Assembly: GCA_965228735.1 (NCBI GenBank)
Contig: OZ245838.1
Location: forward strand, 4,352,001 to 4,416,000
From: Planctomycetota bacterium
GTDB taxonomy: Bacteria; Planctomycetota; UBA1135; UBA2386
DNA length: 64,000 nucleotides
Direction: 5' to 3'
This document shows, in pieces, positions 37,784 through 46,818 of this stretch. The position numbers and the translations under genes are program-made. The notes below the pieces were generated by a model. It had not been told where the DNA came from, did not search any database, and worked only from the letters and a program-made list of their open reading frames with translations. Position 1 is the first letter of the stretch; the number at the start of each line of letters is the position of its first letter.

Positions 37784-39649
37784 TCAGTTCCCGACGTTGG
37801 CGCACAGCCCGTTCGTGGACTGCGCTCCGAGCGAGTTGATGCCCGGCAACAGGGTCAGGGTCTGCGCGTGGAAGTTCGTCGAGAGGAACGTCGGGTTGTT
37901 CGGCACCGTGAGCTGGACGCTGATCTCGTTGTTGGCGTTGAGGCCCAGGAAGTTGCCGCCGACGAAACCGTTGGTCGTGTCCACGTGGCCGAAGCACCCG
38001 GGTGCGCCGAACGACGCGAGGCTCACCGGCGACGTGGCGTTGAGCCCGACGAGGAAGATCCCGCCGAGCGTGCCGGGCGTGATATCGCTGGTCACGAAGT
38101 TGACCGACGTGCCGAGCTGCGGGCGCCCGTCGAGACTCAGGACCGGCGGCGCGTCACCGTTGCCCGTTTCGGGCAGCGAGCTGATCGCGAGCACGGACCA
38201 GTCGAGCGGCTGCGAGATGGGCGCCATGTTGCCCTCGAAGTAGCCGACGAGCGCGTTGTTGCCGGCGCCGACGTTGCCGAGGCTCACGTAGGCGATCTCC
38301 ACGTCACCGCTGTCGCGCATCGTGACGGAGAAGGTGTTGATCGACGCCGGGTTGCCGGGCTCCTGCAGCTGATCCCAGCTGACCCGCACCCAGGCCCCGG
38401 CCGGATCGAAGTCGACGTGGATGCCGCCGCCCAGCGTGGGATCGAGACTGCAGTTGTACGGCCGGATGCTCGGCTCGTAGTCGGTCGCGCCGACGAGGAA
38501 GCCATTGGGCGGGCCGCACACCAGCGGCGAGTTGTTGTTGACGTCGCCGAGGTAGACGTGACCGTTGGACGCGACACAGAACTGCGTCGCGACACCGGCC
38601 GGATGCCGGAAGCCGCCGCCGGGCCAGCTCGACGGGAACGCGAACGGCGCCGAGATCGCGTCGTTCCAGCTCGCCGGCACCGACGAGCTCGCCTGGAACG
38701 CACCGGCCGTGATGCTCGCGCTCGTCGGCGTGACGTAGGCCGGCGCGGTCGGGATCACGAGGTAGTTGTCGACGTTGTAGAGCCACGTCATGCCCCCGCC
38801 GGCACCGATGGCCGTCGACGGATCGATGAGATCCGGGCCGTTGGCACTCGGCGGGAAACTCTCGTAGCCGGTGCGGTAGCGCGCGTAGCAACCATCGCCG
38901 TAGCTGACCGACCCGGCGTCCGCCGGATCCGGCGAGTAGTCGATGCAGATGTTGATGCTGTCGGCTACCCCCGTCGGCGTCGCGTTCGCAGTGAGCGGGA
39001 ACGGCCCGACGCCGACCCCGGTGGTTTGCCAACCGCTGTTCTGGATGCCGTCGTTCTCGATCTTGACGAACTGATCCTCCCAGACCAGCGCCGGGTTGGG
39101 CGACAGTCCGAGCGTATGGACCGGGCCGACGTTGCCCGCGTTCGGCCCGGTCTGCGGCGGCGTGCCGACGGCGTTGGTCGGCACGAGCTCGAGACACACG
39201 CCGAACGTTCCGTTCGGGACGACGACCGGCGCCGAGGTGACGGGGTCCACGATGTTGACGACCGGCGAGTGATCGTTCTGGTAGGCGAAGATCGTCATCT
39301 CGCCGACGCCGATGTGGGTCCAGCCCGTCATGCTGGTCTCCGCCCCGACGCGACTGCCCGGGATCGTGTAGATGTTCACGAGCCCGACGTTGCCGATCTG
39401 GTTGGGGTTGGCCGGATTGCCCGTGCCGTCGTCGTACATGACGATGCCGAGCTCGTTGAGGATGATCGACGAGCCCTTGACCTCCAGGTCGAAGTAGAGG
39501 TTGAGCGTGTTGCCGGTGGTGTTGCCGTAGTAGAAGCTCGCGTTCCACGGATCGTGGGTGTAGATGAGCTGGTCGGGCAGGGGATCGCAGACGACCTGCG
39601 CGACCGCGGGAACGCCGAGCAGCGCGAGAAGTGGGGTGATCTTGAGCAT
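37784..39649 (-). CDS. Secreted hypothetical protein (nidogen/NIDO-like central region) ending in the shared C-terminal domain
   Basis: Signal peptide MLKITPLLALLGVPAVAQ, 'VASNGHV', 'NTFSV....G.VEIAY'. C-terminus LTVPNNPTF...HAQ...STNGLCANVGN. Confidence 0.8.
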   Translation of the reverse strand: MLKITPLLALLGVPAVAQVVCDPLPDQLIYTHDPWNASFYYGNTTGNTLNLYFDLEVKGSSIILNELGIVMYDDGTGNPANPNQIGNVGLVNIYTIPGSRVGAETSMTGWTHIGVGEMTIFAYQNDHSPVVNIVDPVTSAPVVVPNGTFGVCLELVPTNAVGTPPQTGPNAGNVGPVHTLGLSPNPALVWEDQFVKIENDGIQNSGWQTTGVGVGPFPLTANATPTGVADSINICIDYSPDPADAGSVSYGDGCYARYRTGYESFPPSANGPDLIDPSTAIGAGGGMTWLYNVDNYLVIPTAPAYVTPTSASITAGAFQASSSVPASWNDAISAPFAFPSSWPGGGFRHPAGVATQFCVASNGHVYLGDVNNNSPLVCGPPNGFLVGATDYEPSIRPYNCSLDPTLGGGIHVDFDPAGAWVRVSWDQLQEPGNPASINTFSVTMRDSGDVEIAYVSLGNVGAGNNALVGYFEGNMAPISQPLDWSVLAISSLPETGNGDAPPVLSLDGRPQLGTSVNFVTSDITPGTLGGIFLVGLNATSPVSLASFGAPGCFGHVDTTNGFVGGNFLGLNANNEISVQLTVPNNPTFLSTNFHAQTLTLLPGINSLGAQSTNGLCANVGN

Positions 39650-39890
39650 GGCGGAGTGGCGGGTTCGGGAACGACACCGCTGAGGGAGACCCTGGCGATC
39701 CGATCGCGGTGCGGACTCTCCGGGCGGCGATAAGCCCACCGGCACCAGGAACGGGCGGGCGAGCACGTACGATCCAGCATACGGAGAACGGGTGAGCGCC
39801 CTTGCTAGTGATGCGCCCAACGCTGCCCGGGACGGCACGGAATCATTCCGGGCTGCCGCGATTCGCCCGGGTCGTGCCCGATCCCGACGG

Positions 39891-40472
39891 TCAGCAGCTC
39901 GTCGTCGGAGACTCGGTCAGGTACAGCTTGAGTCGCGGCACCCGCTGACAGCGCAGTGCACCGGCACATAGCTCGCGCTGGAGGTTGGCGGCGTAGTCGA
40001 CGAGCTCGTCACGCTGCGCGCAGACCGTCGCCGCCGTCGCGGCACAGCGCGGCTCGAAGTTGCGATACTTGAGGTGCAGGATCGTGATCCGGTCCAGCAA
40101 CGCACCGAGTGACTCCGAGTGCAGCGGCGCATCGTCACGCCCGAACGGCGCCATGACGGCATCGATCGCATTGATGCACTGATTGCGGAACTTGTTGTGC
40201 CGCATCGCACCGCGCCAGCCGATGAGGATCTGCTCGTCGTCGTCGGTGCGGCCGAGGTCTTCGTAGTGCCACACCTGATGGTTGTGGTACTGCAGGCGGG
40301 CGACGTGCTCCGCGAGATCGCGCTGCTCGATCGGCAGCTCCGCGGGCCAATCGAACAGGCCGCGGGCCGCCGCGAACCAGCCGTCGGCCCGCTCGAAGGC
40401 CGCCCGCAGCACGTTCGCGACGTCGGGCAGCGCGCCATCGCCGGCAGGCGCGGGGTTCGGTTCGGATCGCAT
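39891..40472 (-). CDS. DUF4254-like protein
   Basis: 'WHYED', 'N..RN..I..ID', 'ESLGALLDRITILHLK'. Confidence 0.75.
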   Translation of the reverse strand: MRSEPNPAPAGDGALPDVANVLRAAFERADGWFAAARGLFDWPAELPIEQRDLAEHVARLQYHNHQVWHYEDLGRTDDDEQILIGWRGAMRHNKFRNQCINAIDAVMAPFGRDDAPLHSESLGALLDRITILHLKYRNFEPRCAATAATVCAQRDELVDYAANLQRELCAGALRCQRVPRLKLYLTESPTTSC

Positions 40473-40605
40473 CGTCCTGGGTCACGGACCGGGTCCGCTC
40501 GCCGAACCATCGGCCGTTCCCGCCATCCGACTTGATCCGCAAGCGCCCGCGGCATGGGCCGAACGGTCAAGGCGGCGGGCACGATCGGCCGATGAGAACC
40601 GACGG

Positions 40606-42003
40606 ATGAGGACCCTGGCCGAATCGCACGCGCCGCCCCTGGCGCAGGCACTGGCATTGCTCGTCGACAGGCTCGGCTGCGACAGCATCGTGGCGGTGGG
40701 CAAACTCGCCGCTGGCCTGCGCGACGCCCTTCCGGGCACTCTCGTGCTCGACAGCGACGGGGCGGTTCATCCGGGCAACGGTCCGCAGGCGATCCGCGAT
40801 CTGCTGCCGGGCTTCTCTCGGGACACGCTGTTCGTCCTCGGGTCCAACCTGCTCGACCCCGCCTACGTCGCCCGCTGCCTCTACGAGCTGCCGCGCGGAG
40901 TCGGAGCCCTGCTGATCGCGCTCGGGGAGATCAACGGACCGGCGAGCCCGGCAAGCCTCGCGGACCAGCTGCTCCTGTGGGATCCGCATCGGCGTCTCGA
41001 CCTCCTGCAGCTGGCCGGCCGTTCGTGGCTGCTCGTGCAGCCCAGACGCCGCGTCCACGTGACGCTGCTGATGGAACGCTACTCGCACACCTACGGCGCG
41101 TCGGGCCCTTCGATCAACTGGGACAACCTCGTCGCGTCGCTCGCGCAGACGGGGCTCGCGACGAGCTCGACCGTGCTCTACGACGAGCGCCACCACGAGG
41201 GGCGGCCGTACACCGCGGCCGACTTCCGCCGCCCCGACGGCGTCGACGACCACGTCATCGTCTGCATCTACGACGTGGCCAACCAGTACAACCCGGCGCC
41301 CGAACTGCTGCGCGAGGCCCAGGCGGACGGCAGTCGAATCGCCTACCTGTGGCTCGACTCTCGCATCCTGCCGCACGATCCCGTCTATCCCGAGCTCGCC
41401 GACCTCAACATCGTGCTCGATGCCAGCGAGTACGACCTGCCCAACGCGTGGCCGGCGTTCACCCCGAAGAACCCGGCGTTCTTCCGTGACCCAGGCCGCG
41501 ACGATCCGACCTGGGAACGGCCGATCGACGTGTCGCTGCTCGGCGAGATGCGCTTCCTCGCGCAGCGCAAGGACCTCCTGCCGCGGCTGCAGGCCGAACG
41601 CCGGCTGTCGATCCACGCCCCCGGATCGAGCGCCACCGACACGGGCCGGCGGCTGTCGACCGAGGAGTACGCGCGGGTCTACCAGCAGTCGAAGATCTCG
41701 ATCGTCCTGACCAAGGACCGCGTCCGGCAGCTCAAGGGCCGGATCTTCGAGGTCCCGCTGTGCGGCGCGCTGCTGCTGTCCGACGTCAACCCGTACGTGG
41801 ACCGCTTCTTCGAGCCGTTCCGCGAGTACGTCCCGTTCACCGACTACGAGGACATGATCGCGCTCTGCCGCCACTACGTCGCGCACGACGACGAGCGCCG
41901 CGCGATCGCGGCCGCCGGCAGCGCCAAGGCCAACCGTTGCTACACCGCGCAGGTGTTCTGGGGGGCGCTGTTCGCCCGACTGTTCGACGGAGATCGCGGA
42001 TGA
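40606..42003 (+). CDS. Glycosyltransferase, CgeB/Glyco_trans_1_2-like
   Basis: 'RPIDVSLLG', 'YARVYQQSKISI', 'KGRIFEVPLCGALLL', 'F.P..EYV'. Confidence 0.8.
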   Translation: MRTLAESHAPPLAQALALLVDRLGCDSIVAVGKLAAGLRDALPGTLVLDSDGAVHPGNGPQAIRDLLPGFSRDTLFVLGSNLLDPAYVARCLYELPRGVGALLIALGEINGPASPASLADQLLLWDPHRRLDLLQLAGRSWLLVQPRRRVHVTLLMERYSHTYGASGPSINWDNLVASLAQTGLATSSTVLYDERHHEGRPYTAADFRRPDGVDDHVIVCIYDVANQYNPAPELLREAQADGSRIAYLWLDSRILPHDPVYPELADLNIVLDASEYDLPNAWPAFTPKNPAFFRDPGRDDPTWERPIDVSLLGEMRFLAQRKDLLPRLQAERRLSIHAPGSSATDTGRRLSTEEYARVYQQSKISIVLTKDRVRQLKGRIFEVPLCGALLLSDVNPYVDRFFEPFREYVPFTDYEDMIALCRHYVAHDDERRAIAAAGSAKANRCYTAQVFWGALFARLFDGDRG

Positions 42004-42824
42004 TCGGACTCTATCTGTACAACAACCTCCACGCCGGGGACCAGCTGTTCAGCCGGCCGCTCTACCGGGCCCTGGCGGCGACGGGCCGCTTCGCGCTCGT
42101 GCTCGGCGCCCACCGCAACAACGCGTACCTGTTCGAGGATCTAGCGGGGCCGAACGTCCGCCTGCACGTGAGCGACTACGTCGAACGCGGCCCGACCGTG
42201 CTCTACGACCTCGGGGCCGACGCCCCTGCCGGAACGCTGCCGGTCAGCACCTGGCTCGGCGAGTATCCCGACACCGGCAATCACCAGTGGCGCCACGTCG
42301 TCGAGGTATGCCGGCGGCAGCTCGCGGATCACGGCATCGAGTGGCCGGTCGACACCGAGCGCGTGCCCATGCTCGACTTCGCGCCGCGCGCGCTGTCGAT
42401 GCAGGTGCGGCGTCCGGCCATCTACATCGACAACAGCCGCTGCCGCAGCGGTCAGTCGGACTTCGAGTTCGACCTCGACGCGCTGGCCCGGCTCGCACCC
42501 GATCACGCGCTGATCTGCACACAACGGACCGACTCGACGGCCACCAACGTCGTCGACGCTTCGCATCTCGACCTGCGTGATCTGTCGATGCTCAGCGAGC
42601 AGTGCGACCTCGTGCTCGGCAAGGGCAGCGGCCCGTTCTGCTGCACCTACACCGAGGCCAATCGATTCCGTCCGCGGGCGGTGTGTGGCTACCACTCCGA
42701 GCTCTCGCCGACGTTCTGGGACTACGAGGGCAACCCGCTGCAGTACCTGGACACGATGGCCGAGGTCCTCGAGTTCGTCGGCGCGACGCTCGCTGCCCGA
42801 GAGGAGGAGGTGACGGCATGCTGA
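42000..42824 (+). CDS. Hypothetical protein with GT9-like glycosyltransferase features
   Basis: ATGA overlap with the previous gene. N-terminal 'HAGDQLFSRP' and C-terminal 'LSEQCDLVLGKGSGP' resemble GT9 motifs. Confidence 0.6.
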   Translation: MIGLYLYNNLHAGDQLFSRPLYRALAATGRFALVLGAHRNNAYLFEDLAGPNVRLHVSDYVERGPTVLYDLGADAPAGTLPVSTWLGEYPDTGNHQWRHVVEVCRRQLADHGIEWPVDTERVPMLDFAPRALSMQVRRPAIYIDNSRCRSGQSDFEFDLDALARLAPDHALICTQRTDSTATNVVDASHLDLRDLSMLSEQCDLVLGKGSGPFCCTYTEANRFRPRAVCGYHSELSPTFWDYEGNPLQYLDTMAEVLEFVGATLAAREEEVTAC

Positions 42825-44092
42825 CCATTCCCCGACCCGAGGCCGTCGCGCTTCCCGAGCCGGTCGAGTCCGACAGCGGCCGGTGGCACGTCCGCGTTCC
42901 CGTCGGCGAACGCGGCGCCGCCCACGTCGTCGCGCCCACTCGCCGACAGGTCGTTCGCGACGCCAACGCGCTGCGCACGGCGGCTCCGGAGCTCGAACGT
43001 CTGCACCGCGCCCTCGCGGCGAACGATGTCGTCACCGCTCGCGATGCGCTGGCCGAGCTGTCGTCCGAGGCCGCGGCGCTGCGGCTCGTGCTGATCGCCG
43101 GCTACCTCGACGAGCCGTCGTGCGCGGCGACGCAGACGATGCTCGGCCTGACGTGCCTCGCGGCCGGCCGGCTGCGCGAAGCCCGCTTCCACCTGCTGCG
43201 CGCCGTTCCGGGTCAACCCGAGCAGTTCGCGGTCGGCCGCGGGCTGCGCGGCTTTCGCTGGCATCCCGAGGCGGCCGCGGCAGCGCTCGTCGCGGGCGTC
43301 GCGATGCAGGCCGTCGGCGAGACCGAAGCGGCTCACGATCTGCTCGCGCTGCTGCGCGAGCAGGTCGAGGTCGCCCGCATCGCGGCGATCTGCCGCGACT
43401 TCCCCAATCACGTGCTGTGGCGCCGCCCTGACGTCCTGCGACACGTGCGCGGCGTGGTGCAGGTCGGCGCCAACGTCGGCGACGAGGCCCCGTGCTGGCG
43501 CGATCTCGGGATCCGTCACCTGCTCGCGTTCGAGCCGGTACCCGCGGCCTACGACACCCTGTGCGCGACCCTTCGGCGGCACGCGCCGCCGGCATCCGAC
43601 TGGCGCGCGCTGCCGCTCGCGGTGGCGGACCGAGCCGGTTCACTGCCGTTCTGGGAGGGCGAGCAGACCGGCAACAGCTCGTTCCTCGAGCTCCACCCGG
43701 AGCGCTCCGAGTTCCACCAGCAGAACCGGCACGCCCATCGCATCACGGTCGAGACGACGACGCTCGATCGGTTCTTCGCCAGCGCCCCCGAGCGGCTACG
43801 CGAGCACAACCTGATCTTCATGGACGTGCAGGGCACCGAGCACCTCGTGATCGAGGGCGCGCTCCACAGCCTGCCGGCCTTCGACTTCGTCTGCATGGAG
43901 CTCAGCGAGACCGAGATCTACCGCGATTCGTGGACCGTCGATCGCATGGACGCGCTCATGCACTCGAAGGGCTTCGTCAAGATCGCGGCCGAGCCGAACG
44001 ACTGGCCCGAACAGCTCGATGCGATCTACGCCCGGGCCGACCGGCTCACGCCGAACGGAGCCGTGGCCGCCGGGGATTCGACCGCGCGCTGA
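42818..44092 (+). CDS. FkbM-family methyltransferase with N-terminal TPR-like helices
   Basis: 'VQVGANVG', 'AFEP', 'GNSSFL', 'TTLD', 'MDVQGTEHLVIEG'. Confidence 0.85.
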   Translation: MLTIPRPEAVALPEPVESDSGRWHVRVPVGERGAAHVVAPTRRQVVRDANALRTAAPELERLHRALAANDVVTARDALAELSSEAAALRLVLIAGYLDEPSCAATQTMLGLTCLAAGRLREARFHLLRAVPGQPEQFAVGRGLRGFRWHPEAAAAALVAGVAMQAVGETEAAHDLLALLREQVEVARIAAICRDFPNHVLWRRPDVLRHVRGVVQVGANVGDEAPCWRDLGIRHLLAFEPVPAAYDTLCATLRRHAPPASDWRALPLAVADRAGSLPFWEGEQTGNSSFLELHPERSEFHQQNRHAHRITVETTTLDRFFASAPERLREHNLIFMDVQGTEHLVIEGALHSLPAFDFVCMELSETEIYRDSWTVDRMDALMHSKGFVKIAAEPNDWPEQLDAIYARADRLTPNGAVAAGDSTAR

Positions 44093-44879
44093 CCTGACTG
44101 CGCACGAAGTCGGCGAGCTGGTCCATCGTCCCGAGATACTCGAGCGGGTTGCCGGGATAGTCCCAGAACGTGCCGTGGTCGTGGCGGTCGTGACCACAGA
44201 CGGCCTTGGGCTTGTCACGATTGCGTTCGGTCAGGGTGACCGCGAACGGCTGCCACGTCGTGCCGATCAGGAACTCGCAGCGTTCGGCCAGCAGCGCCGT
44301 CTGCACGAGATCACGATCGGAGACGTCGAGCAGGCGATCGTGCGAAAGCGGCGGCGGCTCGGTGCAGAGGAACGCGTGGTCGGGCAGCACGGCGAGCAGG
44401 CGCTCGACATCGAACACGAACCAGGTCTCGGCATCGTGGCTGCGCCGGGTCTCGAGCAGGACCGCGGGGCGCAGCAGATCCCAAGGCGGCGGCGCCACCT
44501 CGAACTGCAACAGCGGCGCGTCCCGCTCCGCATCCAGACAGACCGGCAACCCGAGGGCGCGCAGCCGACGGTTGAGCACGGTCGCGACCGAGCGCCACTG
44601 CGGCTGCCGCGTGTCGCGATAGCCCTCGAGGGCGAGGTCGACCGCGGCGTGGTCGGGCGGACACCAGGCTCGCAGGTCCGCGAGCGCGCCGCCGAGGTGT
44701 CCGGGCAGCGGCGCCTCGACGACGCGGATCCCGGGCAGATCGGCGAACAGATACCCATCGCCGCGGCTGCATCCGACCGCCACGTCATAGCCGGCCTCGA
44801 CCAGACCGCGCAGCGCCGGACGCTGGATGACGCGCGCCGCGAGCGGTGCGTTGTCGTAGACGTAGAGCGACGCGGTCAT
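44046..44879 (-). CDS. Paralogue of 42000-42824 (GT9-like, degenerate motifs)
   Basis: Collinear shared motifs YLFADL, QWR, FDVERL, FWDYPGNPLEYLGTM. Confidence 0.75.
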   Translation of the reverse strand: MTASLYVYDNAPLAARVIQRPALRGLVEAGYDVAVGCSRGDGYLFADLPGIRVVEAPLPGHLGGALADLRAWCPPDHAAVDLALEGYRDTRQPQWRSVATVLNRRLRALGLPVCLDAERDAPLLQFEVAPPPWDLLRPAVLLETRRSHDAETWFVFDVERLLAVLPDHAFLCTEPPPLSHDRLLDVSDRDLVQTALLAERCEFLIGTTWQPFAVTLTERNRDKPKAVCGHDRHDHGTFWDYPGNPLEYLGTMDQLADFVRSQVSARSNPRRPRLRSA

Positions 44880-46666
44880 GACCCCACCCGTTCGAAGAAA
44901 CCGATGACGCGGTGACCGAGCGGCGTCGGGTCGGAACCCACGAATAGCAAGCCGCGGTCGCCGAGCCAGCGGACGAGCTCGTGGTGCGGCCCGGTGTCGG
45001 CATAGGCCGCGTGGTGATGCATGGCGACGCACAGCGTTCGCACGTTCGCCAGCAGCTGCTCGCCACCGCGCAGCACGGCTGCTTCCTCGCCCGGCAGATC
45101 GAGGACGAGGACCTCGGCGTCGGCCGGGTCGAGCCCCCCCTCCGCCACGAGCCGATCGAGGGTCGTGGTCGCGCACGGCGCCATGGGTTCGAGCACCGGC
45201 GTGCCGCTACGGCCGGCGAATGCCGCGGTGAACGGCCGCAGCGTCACCTGGCCAGTGGACGGGTCACGCCAGCGCTGCCGCTCGGCACACGCGTCCGAGA
45301 GCCAGCAGGTCAGCACCGGGTCGGCAAGACCTGGCGACACCGGCTGACCGTGCGGCAGCCAGGTCACCCGAAGGCCGAGCTCGCCCGCGAATGCCGCGCC
45401 GGCGTCACCCCCGGCGCCGATCCAGAGCACCGCTCGCGCGACGCCCAACAACTCCGGCTGGGTCCACAACGGGTGCGCCGGCGCCGAGGCGAGGCAGAGC
45501 TGCTGCCGCCGCCGCGTCTCGACGCGACGTCGCACGCGATCCAGCAGCTGCCGCGCGGCGCCCTCGTCATGGCGGAGCGCGAGGTGGACCTGCGCGAGCG
45601 CGGCCACCAACTCGCTGTCGGTGAGGTCGTCGTCGAGCAGCCGCTCCAGCAACGCGGCGCCGAGATCGAGGTTGCCGCGGAGGCACCAGAAGGCGCCGGC
45701 CGTTCGCAGCAGACGTCGACCGTGAGGCTGCGCGAGCAGCGCTTGCTCGAGCCAACCCTCGAACCGGTCATCGAGTTCCAGCAGGTGCGTTCGCAGACCC
45801 TCGAAACCATCGATCTCACCGCTGGCGAGGCACCGCAGCGCGTCGCGCCCGCGACCTTCGAGCACCGGCCACTGGCGCACGGCCGTGCGGAGCTGGCCCT
45901 CGTCGGGCGCCGCGAGAACGAGCTCGTAGGCGTGCCGGGCGCGATCGCGGTCGCGATAGGCAACATGCCGACCCGCGACCGCGAGCCACTGATCGGAGTC
46001 GGTGAACACCGAGAACTCGCCCGCCTCGCCGCCCTCGCCGGCCACCTGGCGCCAGCGCGGGCCACTGCTCACGCACGCCGGCACGAACGAGCGTTCGTCG
46101 TCACCGTCCCGACGCTGGTAGAGGTGGATCGCGTGCCCGTGACCGAGGCGCTCGAGCGGACGGCCACGCGGCCGGAGGAAGCGCTCCTCGAGATCGAAGA
46201 CGAAGCGATCGACGTCGTCGGGTCGCGCGACGTCGACCCGTTCCTGGGCGCGATCGACGATCGCGATGAGCCCGCCGACCCGGACCGACGGCGCCAGGGC
46301 GCGCCAGCACGCCGCGACGTCGTCGTAGCCCTGGTCGCGATCGATGAGCAGCACGTCGATGGCCGCCGGCGTCGGCTCGTCCGGATCGGTGATCGTGACG
46401 ACCCGATCGGCGAGGCAGAGCAGCGCGCGTTCACGCGTGCCGTCGCCGCCGTGGCCGAGCTGCACGATCGTGCGGCACGGCTCGAGCTGCAGCAGGCGGC
46501 GGAGCAGCGCGTCGAACACCGCCTGTGGGTGCTCGATCGCGGCGGCATGACGCCCGGGGCGCTGGTCCTCGTCGAAGCCGAACGTGGCCCGGCCGACCCC
46601 GGCCAGAATCAGCTCGCGCACCGCCTCGAGGCAACGGTGGGCCCGGTTCGGAGTCGCCACCGCCAT
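44876..46666 (-). CDS. Multidomain protein: class I methyltransferase-like, TPR-like and degenerate FkbM-like domains
   Basis: 'IVQLGHGGDGT', 'IDVLLID...Y......W..L...VRVGGLI..VD', and C-terminal 'TTLD...LVLDLPGEEAAVLRG'. Confidence 0.7.
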   Translation of the reverse strand: MAVATPNRAHRCLEAVRELILAGVGRATFGFDEDQRPGRHAAAIEHPQAVFDALLRRLLQLEPCRTIVQLGHGGDGTRERALLCLADRVVTITDPDEPTPAAIDVLLIDRDQGYDDVAACWRALAPSVRVGGLIAIVDRAQERVDVARPDDVDRFVFDLEERFLRPRGRPLERLGHGHAIHLYQRRDGDDERSFVPACVSSGPRWRQVAGEGGEAGEFSVFTDSDQWLAVAGRHVAYRDRDRARHAYELVLAAPDEGQLRTAVRQWPVLEGRGRDALRCLASGEIDGFEGLRTHLLELDDRFEGWLEQALLAQPHGRRLLRTAGAFWCLRGNLDLGAALLERLLDDDLTDSELVAALAQVHLALRHDEGAARQLLDRVRRRVETRRRQQLCLASAPAHPLWTQPELLGVARAVLWIGAGGDAGAAFAGELGLRVTWLPHGQPVSPGLADPVLTCWLSDACAERQRWRDPSTGQVTLRPFTAAFAGRSGTPVLEPMAPCATTTLDRLVAEGGLDPADAEVLVLDLPGEEAAVLRGGEQLLANVRTLCVAMHHHAAYADTGPHHELVRWLGDRGLLFVGSDPTPLGHRVIGFFERVGS

Positions 46667-46818
46667 CACCGATCGCAGCCGCGCCTTCCGAGGTCGACCT
46701 GGGTCTCGACGCTCGCCATACCGCGGTGGTATCGGAACTTCGGCCGCACCGGCTTGAGCGCGGCGCGCCCGAGGTCGCCGCACCTCGAAACCCGTGTGAT
46801 CGCCCGGCCGTGAATCGG

